DNA of 64,000 nt from Promethearchaeota archaeon (lineage in GTDB: Archaea; Asgardarchaeota; Lokiarchaeia; Sigyniarchaeales; SOKP01), in the NCBI GenBank assembly GCA_048938855.1, contig JBHLLT010000005.1, positions 1 to 64,000 of the forward strand, written 5' to 3'. Of the stretch, positions 42,924 through 51,961 are shown in pieces. Made by a program: the position numbers and the translations under genes. Positions within the stretch are counted from its first letter, which is position 1; every line of letters starts with the position of its first letter. The notes under the pieces are model-generated. The model had not been told where the DNA came from. It searched no databases and saw only the letters and a program-made list of their open reading frames with translations.

Positions 42924-43265
42924 TTATAATTTATCAAGTTTTTGCAATTTTAGCATTTCAGGCATGGTAGCTTTTAATTTTATTTTCTTTTGCTGGTATG
43001 CCTTAAAACCCGATATTTCTTTTTTTGCCAAAGCTATAAATGTTTCTGTACTCATTATATATTCAATATCTGGGTTCTCAATTTTTCCTTCGACAACAGG
43101 TCCAGGTTGGCCATTGACAAGTTTGAGGTTATAATACTCATCTATGTCAGTAAAATGATATTGCAAGATTTTATTCCAATTCTTAAAACTTTTAACAACT
43201 TTCTCATGAGTATATTTCTTGGATTGCTCATCAAGATATTTTAATAATTCTTCTTTATCAACCAT
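42924..43265 (-). CDS. SCP2 sterol/lipid-binding domain protein
   Basis: EGKIENPDIEYIMSTETFIALAKKEISGFKAYQQKKIKL. Confidence 0.8.
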   Translation of the reverse strand: MVDKEELLKYLDEQSKKYTHEKVVKSFKNWNKILQYHFTDIDEYYNLKLVNGQPGPVVEGKIENPDIEYIMSTETFIALAKKEISGFKAYQQKKIKLKATMPEMLKLQKLDKL

Positions 43266-43298
43266 TCAAAGCACCATAATTACATTAATTGAAATTGA

Positions 43299-43559
43299 TC
43301 ATCCATAAGTAAATTTCACGCCTGTACCACCAACAGGTTCACCAAAAATAACAGCATCAACTTCGCATACATTCCAACAAGCACCGCATTCTACACATTG
43401 TTTTAGATTTGAAGGTCGATAAACATTACCATCCTGTTGCCATACATCACGAGTACAAAACTTAGCGCACAAACCGCAACCTGTGCATTTCTCTTCATCG
43501 ACTTTTATAAATTCTCCCGTGTCACCGGGATAATAATCTACAATCATTTCTATCTTCAT
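43299..43559 (-). CDS. ferredoxin (FixX-like)
   Basis: CTGCGLCAKFC, CVECGACWNVC, C-terminal GGTGVKFTYG; overlaps FixC-like stop. Confidence 0.88.
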   Translation of the reverse strand: MKIEMIVDYYPGDTGEFIKVDEEKCTGCGLCAKFCTRDVWQQDGNVYRPSNLKQCVECGACWNVCEVDAVIFGEPVGGTGVKFTYG

Positions 43560-44881
43560 TTTGATCGCCTCTTTTCATAGATATCGTTGAAATCTGTTCC
43601 AACTTGCCTATAAGGTTGAATAAACTCGAGAAAATCGTATGCTTCTGTTACAAGGTCCATATCATCTTCTTCTGCTCCTGTAATCCACTTATTATGTATA
43701 ACATTTGTAATGAAACCTCCAGAAATTACGACGTTTTGTATCATTTCTGATATTTCTTTATCGGTTTTTGATAAAATCGATTCTTTGTTCATTTGTCCAA
43801 CATAATGAAAAGACTGCATGAAGGTATTTTGCTCCAGTAATTCTTCATATGTTTCGCTTAGTTTTTGTTCAGACAAATTTTTGGTTTCAATTGCCTCTTT
43901 AGCTGCTTTTGCAGCATAGATCCCAGTAAAAAATGCTTCTGGCATCCCTTCGCCCAAAAAGGGTATAACAAATCCTCCAGCTTCGCCAGTTAAAATAAGA
44001 CCATTTTTAACTCTCTTTTCTAAGGGCTCATCATATTCTAAATGGAGCCCCCACGCAACAATTTTTCCTCCCTCGAGTTTTTTCTTTACGATTGGTAGAT
44101 TAAGAAAATTCTCCATATATGTATTTACGGATGGGAAATTTGCATTGAGAAGATTTTGATCCATATATCCCCCTGTTCCTATCGTCACTACTTCTCTTTT
44201 AGGAAATATCCAAGGCCATGTCTTGTATTGTATCCCGGGCGCGAGATAATATTCAATACAATCACCAAAACGTTCATCTATCACTTCTTTGCCTAAATGA
44301 ACAGCAACAGTAACATATAAGATCATATTTGTTCCAGATCTTTTCGTTATTAATCCCGCTTTTCTACCAACTATTGAATTAACACCCCCAGCATCAATAA
44401 CTACTTTACAGTAAAATTTTTCTCCAGAATCGGTCACCACCCCTTTAATATATCCATCTTCTTCTATTATATCTACAATGGTTGTCCCTAATTTTACTTC
44501 TGCCCCTGCTTTCTCAGCTTGTTCCGTGTGCCATGCATCAAAATGATCTCTGCGTACAGACAATAAGAGAATTCCTCCCGTAGGAATTTCATGGATTGTA
44601 GTTGATCGATCTTCAGTAATATGATGCATTCTAATTTCACTTATTTCTCTCTCAACTGGACCTTCCATAATATAGTGTAAATCTGGGTCAATTAAAGCAG
44701 CCGCATTTAAACAGGTTCCCGAGACATTTTTTTCTCCAGGAACTTGAGATTTTTCAAGTAATAAAACTTTCAATCCCAGTTCCGCAGCTTTTTTTGCAGC
44801 AGCAGGACCGGCACATCCTGCACCAATAACGAGGCAATCATATTCATTTTTATTCATCTTAATATTCATCCTTCCTTGCAA
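43556..44881 (-). CDS. FixC / geranylgeranyl reductase-like FAD oxidoreductase
   Basis: IGAGCAG, PGEKNVSG, RRDHFDAW, WIFPK, GEAGG..PFLGEG; true start may be a downstream Met. Confidence 0.85.
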   Translation of the reverse strand: MQGRMNIKMNKNEYDCLVIGAGCAGPAAAKKAAELGLKVLLLEKSQVPGEKNVSGTCLNAAALIDPDLHYIMEGPVEREISEIRMHHITEDRSTTIHEIPTGGILLLSVRRDHFDAWHTEQAEKAGAEVKLGTTIVDIIEEDGYIKGVVTDSGEKFYCKVVIDAGGVNSIVGRKAGLITKRSGTNMILYVTVAVHLGKEVIDERFGDCIEYYLAPGIQYKTWPWIFPKREVVTIGTGGYMDQNLLNANFPSVNTYMENFLNLPIVKKKLEGGKIVAWGLHLEYDEPLEKRVKNGLILTGEAGGFVIPFLGEGMPEAFFTGIYAAKAAKEAIETKNLSEQKLSETYEELLEQNTFMQSFHYVGQMNKESILSKTDKEISEMIQNVVISGGFITNVIHNKWITGAEEDDMDLVTEAYDFLEFIQPYRQVGTDFNDIYEKRRSK

Positions 44882-44958
44882 TAAAATAATTATCAGAAAC
44901 TACTTTCACTTTTAAATTTTGTATGAGATTCCGATATATAAGAATCTCTATGTAATGA

Positions 44959-44993
44959 TTAATTGATCAAAAACAACTAGATTTAAGTTATAA
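44959..44993. promoter_or_regulatory. candidate operator, copy 2, in the divergent fixC-like/trmB promoter
   Basis: TTAATTGATCAAAAACAACTAGATTTAAGTTATAA. Confidence 0.65.
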
Positions 44994-45009
44994 ATCATAT
45001 TGATGAATA

Positions 45010-45921
45010 TTGATGTCTGATTTCTTATTAGAAGATTTAAAAGAATTTTTGAATGATGCAAATCTCTCGACCTATGAAGTTAATGCGTATATTGCTCTTC
45101 TAACATCCTCAAGAATGAATCTTCCATCTGCTAGAGAAATTTCTTCAGAATCAGGCGTACCAAGTGGTAGAATTTATGAAGTTTTGGAAGAATTAAATAC
45201 TAAGGGACTAATCGAAATCGTTGAATCACGTCCAAAAAAATATAAGGCTTATTCTCTGAATAAAGGTTTAGATAATTTAATTAAATACCAATCAACTGAA
45301 ACTAAAAGAAAAATTGATCATCTTCACAATCGAGCAAAATTACTTGAATCAGAATTGTATAAAGCTGAGGTTTTTATTCACAAAGAGCCTTCGAAGATAT
45401 TTTGGTCCACAGCTTTCGGTACTCAATCAATTCTCTCTTTATATGCAAAATATATTAATGAAGCGAAAGAAGAGATCATTTTTAATGAATTTATCAATAA
45501 AAGCACCTTGAAAGTATTACCATTTGGAAAAGTAATTTATGAGCCCATGAGAAAAGCAGTCGAACGAGGTGTAACCGTTAAGGATCTTTGGTCTTTCGAG
45601 TATGATGAACGTCCATTATCTAAAGAAGAACAGATTCAAAATGCTAACATATTTAAAGAAATTATTAAAATTCAAGAAGATCTTTATGATCTATCCCCTA
45701 AATTACCAGGATTTAAAATGAAATATATCTTTCATAGAACTCCAACTTATTTTGATATATTTGATAAAAGGAGAATTGTTTTTAAGCTGCAAAATCCTCT
45801 TAAGCCATACCAGATTTTTGCTACCATGAATGTGGTAGATCCTATTTTAGCTAAGGATCTAAGAGCTAAATACCTCCAAATGTGGACCTTTGATGCACTT
45901 GACGCAGAAGGGTTTCTATAA
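45010..45921 (+). CDS. TrmB family transcriptional regulator
   Basis: LSTYEVNAYIALL..SAREISSESGVPSGRIYEVLEELNTKGLI..RPKKY. Confidence 0.88.
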   Translation: MMSDFLLEDLKEFLNDANLSTYEVNAYIALLTSSRMNLPSAREISSESGVPSGRIYEVLEELNTKGLIEIVESRPKKYKAYSLNKGLDNLIKYQSTETKRKIDHLHNRAKLLESELYKAEVFIHKEPSKIFWSTAFGTQSILSLYAKYINEAKEEIIFNEFINKSTLKVLPFGKVIYEPMRKAVERGVTVKDLWSFEYDERPLSKEEQIQNANIFKEIIKIQEDLYDLSPKLPGFKMKYIFHRTPTYFDIFDKRRIVFKLQNPLKPYQIFATMNVVDPILAKDLRAKYLQMWTFDALDAEGFL

Positions 45922-46149
45922 TTCCCACGCGGAATGTCGTAAAATTGCACCTGTTGGGCACACATCTTGGCAAGCCATACAATCAGTGCATTCCCCAATA
46001 TTTTCTGCAATTACTTTCCCATCTACTAATTCATAAACTTCAACTGGACACGAATTAATACAATCTTCAGCTCCAATGCATTTATCCAAGTCAATCTCAA
46101 CCCAATGATCTTCTTCCTCCCACTTTTTAATATCAGTCATTAAAAACAC
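45916..46149 (-). CDS. ferredoxin
   Basis: CIGAEDCINSCP, CTDCMACQDVCP; probable start at the Met at 46140 after GGAG. Confidence 0.88.
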   Translation of the reverse strand: MFLMTDIKKWEEEDHWVEIDLDKCIGAEDCINSCPVEVYELVDGKVIAENIGECTDCMACQDVCPTGAILRHSAWEL

Positions 46150-46299
46150 AACTCCTACAATAATATTGTTAAATCTATTATATGGTTTATTTAATTAAGT
46201 CTAACTAAAAGTTATAAATCTAATTGTTATAAAAATATTTATATTTGTACAATAAGTTCATAATAATAGACTAGTAAGATATTAAAGGCAATTAATAGA

Positions 46300-47055
46300 T
46301 TAATTGACCTTTTGAATCTTATCTCTCAATTCTAATACTCTTTCAGGTAAATTCGAAAAGATAGCATCGACGTATTCTCCATTATATTTCATATTAAGGA
46401 AATTGTTTATTGACCTTTCAAACAAGATACCCCATATATAAAACTTAAAACCCATATCTTTAACTTTCCTAAATAAATCGTAATTTGCGTAATTAAAATT
46501 AACATTAATTCCTTGGACATTAAGCTTTCTCATATTCTCTAATTCTAAGTGCTCCTCTTTAATATTTGTATGCTTTAAGAAAATAGAATTAACTAATGTA
46601 ACATTCTGATTAAACTCTCTAATCTTAGAAAAGATAGTTGGAAGAGGGTGGGGGTATGTGGAAGGTTTTGCAATTTCTATTTTATTACCTAAATTAAATT
46701 TTTCAGCAAGTTCAATTATTTTTATGCCTACTTCGGGTTCAATTATGTCAAAGTGATACTTTATATTATATTCTTTAAATTCCTTGAAAACTTCACGAAG
46801 AGTTGGGATTGTCTCACCATTCTCTAATTTAAACCCTTTAATCTCTTCGATTGTTAACTCACTCATTCGAACATCGTTTCCATTTCTTTTAAGACTTTCA
46901 TAAAAACTTAGAACTATTTCTCCCTCTTTTGATAATTTAGCCTCTGTTTTTAAACCATCGACGCCCATCTCTATTGCATTCTGAAATGAAGAGAGGGTGT
47001 TTTGTACACCTGTAAATCCAGCACCTCTATGACCCCAAATAAATGTTTTATGCAA
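46300..47055 (-). CDS. glycerophosphodiester phosphodiesterase family protein (divergent)
   Basis: GHRGA, NTLSSF, IPTLREV, VDAIFSNLP; usual E-x-D metal motif appears as KTE. Confidence 0.8.
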   Translation of the reverse strand: MHKTFIWGHRGAGFTGVQNTLSSFQNAIEMGVDGLKTEAKLSKEGEIVLSFYESLKRNGNDVRMSELTIEEIKGFKLENGETIPTLREVFKEFKEYNIKYHFDIIEPEVGIKIIELAEKFNLGNKIEIAKPSTYPHPLPTIFSKIREFNQNVTLVNSIFLKHTNIKEEHLELENMRKLNVQGINVNFNYANYDLFRKVKDMGFKFYIWGILFERSINNFLNMKYNGEYVDAIFSNLPERVLELRDKIQKVN

Positions 47056-47587
47056 CAGTTAACACCTCCTGTTCTTTACTAATTTCTAAACCTAATTTAA
47101 GTAAATCAAAATAAACTACACCATATTGTAAATCGCCCTCAAATTTAAGATTCCCTGCAAAAAACTCACTAAAAGCATCTGCATTTCCAAGAAGAATTTG
47201 ATTCATTGTCTTTTGAGGACAGGTTATAAAGATATTTGCCCCTTCTATTTCGCCTTTCCCACACTTAAATTCTCCTTCGCCAAAAACAACCCAATAATTA
47301 AAGTCTGAATTGAACAATTTTGTTTGAACAATATTTTTTTTTAAAAAACCCAACTCTCCAAAAAATTCATCGTTTTCGCTGGCTAAATTCTCAAGAATTT
47401 TGTTAGATTCCATAATTCTTTTATTAACACAGCAGTTCTCACAAATAAATTCACTTAATGAAATAATTCCACAATTATCCATGTAACATTCCCACTGATT
47501 TGTTTCATGGTTAACGGTAATACTATATCCGCATTGCAATGGCAGAGTCTCTACTACTTTACCACATCTACTACATGTTAAACTCAT
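47048..47587 (-). CDS. Cys-rich N-terminal domain fused to SCP2 domain
   Basis: 8 Cys in first 53 aa; GNADAFSEFFAGNLKFEGDL SCP2 signature. Confidence 0.78.
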   Translation of the reverse strand: MSLTCSRCGKVVETLPLQCGYSITVNHETNQWECYMDNCGIISLSEFICENCCVNKRIMESNKILENLASENDEFFGELGFLKKNIVQTKLFNSDFNYWVVFGEGEFKCGKGEIEGANIFITCPQKTMNQILLGNADAFSEFFAGNLKFEGDLQYGVVYFDLLKLGLEISKEQEVLTVA

Positions 47588-47925
47588 TTTAATATCACCA
47601 TTTTAGTATAAATTTCATATAGATTCCACTAATAACTTAAGTTATTAAGTATCATCATTATTTTTTAAGTAGAAAAGAAAGAAAACGATAATTTTCCTAA
47701 CGTCTTTTGTGAAAATATTTTATAAGATATTATTATGAATAAAAAATGGTATGATTTTAGCTCTAACGCCCCATTAAATACTTAAATTAAAAAAGTAAGT
47801 ATTGTTCAATAGACAAATGTACATTTAAATACTTGATACGTTATTATTAGCATGAAATTTAATGCTGCACCATTACAAACTAATTATTAAATTTTAATTT
47901 AAATAGGAATGAAGGGTGATTAAAA

Positions 47926-48384
47926 ATTTCAGGTGAATTAACCCGAATTAGAAGAAACTATACAAATTGGGATAGTTGGTTAGGTATCGCTTACATTATT
48001 CTTGGAATAATAGATGTCATCTTTATCTTATTTGGAATCATATATAATTTCCTGCTATATCAAATCTTATCATATGTTTTCACTATTACAATTTCCATAC
48101 TCGTCTATCTTTTCCTTAAAGGAAGAATTTCATTCAAAAAGAAATCTACAGAATACAACCTATTAACAAAGCAACAAATTTACAACTATTTAAAAACAAA
48201 TGCTACAAATACTTATACCGCAGAAATGATACTGATAGATCTAAAAGAAAACATACATGACAAGGCATTTAAAAGGTTTGTAATCAAGCATTATCATTAC
48301 ATCCTAGCAGAAATGCTTACAGATAAACTAATTGAAACTACTAAAAGAAATGGACTAGAACTCTATTTTTTCCCAAGCTCATAA
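47926..48384 (+). CDS. 2-TM membrane protein with C-terminal winged helix; non-canonical ATT start; absent from ORF track
   Basis: 152 sense codons open; GGGTGA SD 6 nt upstream; in-frame TGA at 47917 excludes an earlier start; T-run after stop. Confidence 0.7.
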   Translation: MSGELTRIRRNYTNWDSWLGIAYIILGIIDVIFILFGIIYNFLLYQILSYVFTITISILVYLFLKGRISFKKKSTEYNLLTKQQIYNYLKTNATNTYTAEMILIDLKENIHDKAFKRFVIKHYHYILAEMLTDKLIETTKRNGLELYFFPSS

Positions 48385-48613
48385 TAATTTTTTTTTCTTT
48401 TTTTGTAAATCAATACCTGAATCATACAACTTTTATATATCTTTAAATTGCCAAAAGCGGGGAAAAAAACAAAAACTTATACCAGCATCAGATATAATAC
48501 CTAAAAGTATTTGTCCCTATTGGGGTAAATCAATTTCACTTAACGCTAGCTTTTGTAGTAAGTATGGCAAAATTATCAAAAATAATATTCCATGAGAGAA
48601 TATTTATTTAATT

Positions 48614-48832
48614 GATCAATATACTATAATCCGTGATTGATTTCGCCATTGATGATCATTTTGCTATATTTAATTTTACAATTATTGACATTCAATCAAG
48701 TATATTTTCTATATGTGACTACTTACCAAAATTAATCTAGATTGATATCGGCGATGAATGATCATCTCCATTATCTCTATATTTACAATTAGTCATATAG
48801 ATTATCTAAAACGATCATATTTATATACGATC
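48614..48832. promoter_or_regulatory. second GATC-enriched upstream region (ATTGATCAAT, ATGATCAT x2, ACGATCAT x2)
   Basis: GATC at 48614, 48654, 48760, 48813 and 48829. Confidence 0.5.
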
Positions 48833-48866
48833 ATTTACATAAGTTACTTGAGGTGAGTAAGTTATT

Positions 48867-49133
48867 ATGAACAGTTTAAAATCGAAAGAAAAAGCAGTCA
48901 AAAATTTTGAAAATATAAAAGACGCCTTAAGAGGTTTATATGACATTTTGGATCTAACTCTGAGTGATAATGAATTTTATTATGAGGCGGGGAAGGACAA
49001 TATTACCGCAGTGTATAAGAATCTTATCGAGCTATTGTTGAATGAGTATGGACTCAGGAATCTTTTAAAGAAGATCCAAAACTCTGAAGTTGAATTAAAC
49101 ATTGTACTGAACGAGTTTTTAGCAAATGCGTAA
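48867..49133 (+). CDS. small helical hypothetical protein (88 aa)
   Basis: Strong SD GAGGTGA, ATG start, amphipathic helical pattern. Confidence 0.75.
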   Translation: MNSLKSKEKAVKNFENIKDALRGLYDILDLTLSDNEFYYEAGKDNITAVYKNLIELLLNEYGLRNLLKKIQNSEVELNIVLNEFLANA

Positions 49134-49206
49134 GAACTCTTATTTCGAATTTTAATTTTTCTTACAAACTAATATTAATGAACTAAACTAAACACGCAAT
49201 TTTACC

Positions 49207-49283
49207 ATCAGTTCCCTGTGCGTAAGCTTTGAGTACTCACCTCACACACTCATTCTATTCAAGGTTTTGTCAGGGAACTGATC
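49207..49283 (-). repeat. 45-bp element copy 2 (49239-49283) inside a 76-nt hairpin with 12-bp terminal inverted repeat; candidate structured RNA
   Basis: ATCAGTTCCCTG (49207-49218) / CAGGGAACTGAT (49271-49282); inner GTGTGTGAG/CTTACGCAC stem pairs fully only on the minus strand (G-U). Confidence 0.85.
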
Positions 49284-49430
49284 TTTTCTCTTTTAAATTT
49301 ACATCACGGCTGAAAAAATTAACAGATAGAAGTTTCAAAATATATCAGAAAGTTCATTTAAATTTAAAAAAAAATCTCGATTTTTACTGATTTAGTAAAA
49401 TTTTCTAATGTTCCCTCCAATAAGAAATCA

Positions 49431-49486
49431 ACCCTCCTTTTTGAGAAAGGGTCTCTCTTTAAAAAAAAAAAAATAAAAAAAAAAAG
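49431..49486 (-). terminator. long T-tract with adjacent imperfect hairpin, likely terminator of 49567..50082
   Basis: ACCCT..AGGGT dyad and ~24 A on + strand (T-run on -). Confidence 0.5.
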
Positions 49487-49566
49487 AATTTAGGAATGAA
49501 GTAAATATGAAATTAATGTTCCAATAATGCATTTACTTTTAACGCTAGTTTTAACCATTAAACCTC

Positions 49567-50082
49567 CTAAAAATGTATCAATTTTATTATATCGGTACCT
49601 TCAAAACCTTTACCATCAATCAATTCTCCAGTAATGGTTATAGTACAGAATCCTAGGGACGGAAGTACATTTTTAACTGAAGCTCTGTTAAATTTGACCA
49701 TTAATTCTAAATGATTATTGAATTCAAGAATTTCAGATTTTGGCTCAGCAGGTATTAATTCATTTAGTAAAACCGAGTCCAGAACTATATTATTAACATC
49801 ATATCCCATGCTTAATGAAATATATACAGTGATCCATTTACCTTTACTTTTAAAGTTTAATGCATCTGGATCAACGTTAATATTTGCTTGTATGGGATCA
49901 CCAGGTTTTTCTTCACCTGGTTTTTCCTCACCAGGAACATTGTCAGGTTTAGTACCATCAAAAGTATTATCTTTTGAATATTGTGCTTCTCCTAAGAATA
50001 TGCCCAAACATGCTGGAAATCCTATCCCCAACCCTATAATAATTAACCCCGAAATTATTTTTTTCATAAAACTCACTAACAA
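49567..50082 (-). CDS. membrane-anchored/secreted protein with PGEEK repeats and beta-rich C-terminal domain
   Basis: N-terminal hydrophobic helix, PGEEKPGEEKPG linker, VDPDALNFKSKGKWITVYI domain. Confidence 0.75.
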   Translation of the reverse strand: MLVSFMKKIISGLIIIGLGIGFPACLGIFLGEAQYSKDNTFDGTKPDNVPGEEKPGEEKPGDPIQANINVDPDALNFKSKGKWITVYISLSMGYDVNNIVLDSVLLNELIPAEPKSEILEFNNHLELMVKFNRASVKNVLPSLGFCTITITGELIDGKGFEGTDIIKLIHF

Positions 50083-50410
50083 GTAAAATTAAGGCAAAAT
50101 GCAAATGGTGTTTTACATATATAAATCTATGCTAAAATTTCAATCCATTTGTCATTTTATTCGCGGAAATTAATGGAAAATCGTATTCTAAAAAATTCCT
50201 AATATCTTTTTCCTTTTTTTCCTATGAATTGGGGAAAAATATGTTTACATTTCAGTAAAACTAAATTATAAAAAAATTTTGTAAAATAAAAAAGGCTAAA
50301 TTTATTATAATAATGTATATTTTAAGCGGCAATAGTTTTGATATCTTAATAATCTTAATATCTAATAATCTGAAACATCACTTCCAACTGACTTCTTATT
50401 TGATTATAAA

Positions 50411-50797
50411 CTATTTCCTGTATGTGGGATTTTTGATATCCCTTTCTCTAATCGTCGATACAAGATTATGAAAATTTTCTTTAAAATTTATCAGATTTGA
50501 ATATTCACGAAATTTTAAATAAGGGTTATAAAGAAAACTGACAATCTTGAATCTTCCTTTTCTAGGAAGCCATTTTTTTTCAGAGATCTCATTATAAAGC
50601 CTAAATAAGGCCTGATCTGATTTTAATCCTAATTTTATGGAGGTCATATAGATTCTTACCATTTGAGATTCATTTTCTTTACGTTTTAATAATTTTATTT
50701 GAATTTCAAATTGAATAAAATACGGGGATCTTAGTTTAACAATTAATTTGTCATGTAATAATCCTCTAATCAGAGGAATAGATATTGTTAAAATCAT
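50411..50797 (-). CDS. basic hypothetical protein
   Basis: 128-aa ATG ORF filling otherwise empty DNA; no motifs. Confidence 0.45.
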   Translation of the reverse strand: MILTISIPLIRGLLHDKLIVKLRSPYFIQFEIQIKLLKRKENESQMVRIYMTSIKLGLKSDQALFRLYNEISEKKWLPRKGRFKIVSFLYNPYLKFREYSNLINFKENFHNLVSTIRERDIKNPTYRK

Positions 50798-50926
50798 GTA
50801 GATTATAATTAATCTTGATGATTAGATTACATTTGTTATATTATTCTAATTAGTCTTAAGAAAAAGAATAAAATTTTTATAAAATAATCCTATATTTAAA
50901 ATCCCGTATAACATAGAAAATCCTAA

Positions 50927-51946
50927 TTGGTGAGTTTCATTTCTCAAACAATTTTAAAATTAGAAAATGTTTCTAAGAAGTTTGGAAATTTAACAGCTGT
51001 TAACAATATAAGTATAGAAGTTAAAAAAGGTGAAGTAATTGGATTTGTTGGGCCAAATGGAGCTGGTAAAACCACAACATTAAAATTAATTGCGAGACTA
51101 ATCAGACCAACTTCTGGAGAAATTTACATATTAAACAACCAGGATAAATTACAAAATCTTAAAGAAAAATTCGAAAATCTTGTCGATATGGGTTTCTTGA
51201 TAGATATTCCTCATTTTTACAATTCAACACCTTATCAATTATTAAAATATGTTGGAAATCTTAAGAATTATCCTAAAAAGAAATTAAAACTAAGAATTGA
51301 TCAATTATTGACATCCTTTAATTTAATTAGATGGAAATATAAGAAGGTCAAAAATTTCTCCAAAGGAATGAATCAGAAATTAGGGTTTATCGCAGCAATT
51401 ATTCATGATCCTGAAATTATAATATTAGATGAACCTCAAACTGGATTAGATCCTATTGCTCGAATTAATGTACGAAAGAATATAAAAGAACTTCAAAAAA
51501 ATGGAAAAACTATATTTATTTCTTCTCATATGTTATTTGAAATTACTGAAGTTTGTGATAAAATTGCATTAATAAATGAAGGCTCAATTATTGCATTTGA
51601 TACTTTAGAAAATCTAGAGAATTTACTTGTGACTAAGGAAATTGTCTGTGAACTTTCAAAACCAATCACAATAGAAAAAAAAGACTCAATAATAACAAAA
51701 CTCGTTCAACATCTTGAACCGTACTTAGATATAACAATTTCAGAAAATCCTGTTATATATAATCCACAAGAGAAGAAAATCATTATCTATTATAATGGTA
51801 AACAGGAATCAAGATCTGAGATATTAAACATTTTAATTAATGAATTTAAATCAGAATTTGCTATTGATTCATTCTCTAAACCAAAAACGTCTCAACTAGA
51901 GAAATTATATACTCAATTAATAAATGGAAATAAAAAAAAAACATAA
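50927..51946 (+). CDS. ABC-2 type transporter ATP-binding protein
   Basis: GPNGAGKTT, FSKGM, ILDEP, SSH. Confidence 0.92.
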   Translation: MVSFISQTILKLENVSKKFGNLTAVNNISIEVKKGEVIGFVGPNGAGKTTTLKLIARLIRPTSGEIYILNNQDKLQNLKEKFENLVDMGFLIDIPHFYNSTPYQLLKYVGNLKNYPKKKLKLRIDQLLTSFNLIRWKYKKVKNFSKGMNQKLGFIAAIIHDPEIIILDEPQTGLDPIARINVRKNIKELQKNGKTIFISSHMLFEITEVCDKIALINEGSIIAFDTLENLENLLVTKEIVCELSKPITIEKKDSIITKLVQHLEPYLDITISENPVIYNPQEKKIIIYYNGKQESRSEILNILINEFKSEFAIDSFSKPKTSQLEKLYTQLINGNKKKT

Positions 51947-51961
51947 ATAAAGTGTGTAAAA

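Noticed and set aside
41099-49283. 45-bp element as a CRISPR repeat, SECIS, or composite-transposon end
   Set aside because: Only two copies, 8 kb apart and inverted, with no spacers; upstream ORFs end in TAG/TAA without in-frame TGA; no transposase or target-site duplication is visible.
49900-49935. 15-bp tandem repeat
   Set aside because: Simply encodes the PGEEK linker repeats.
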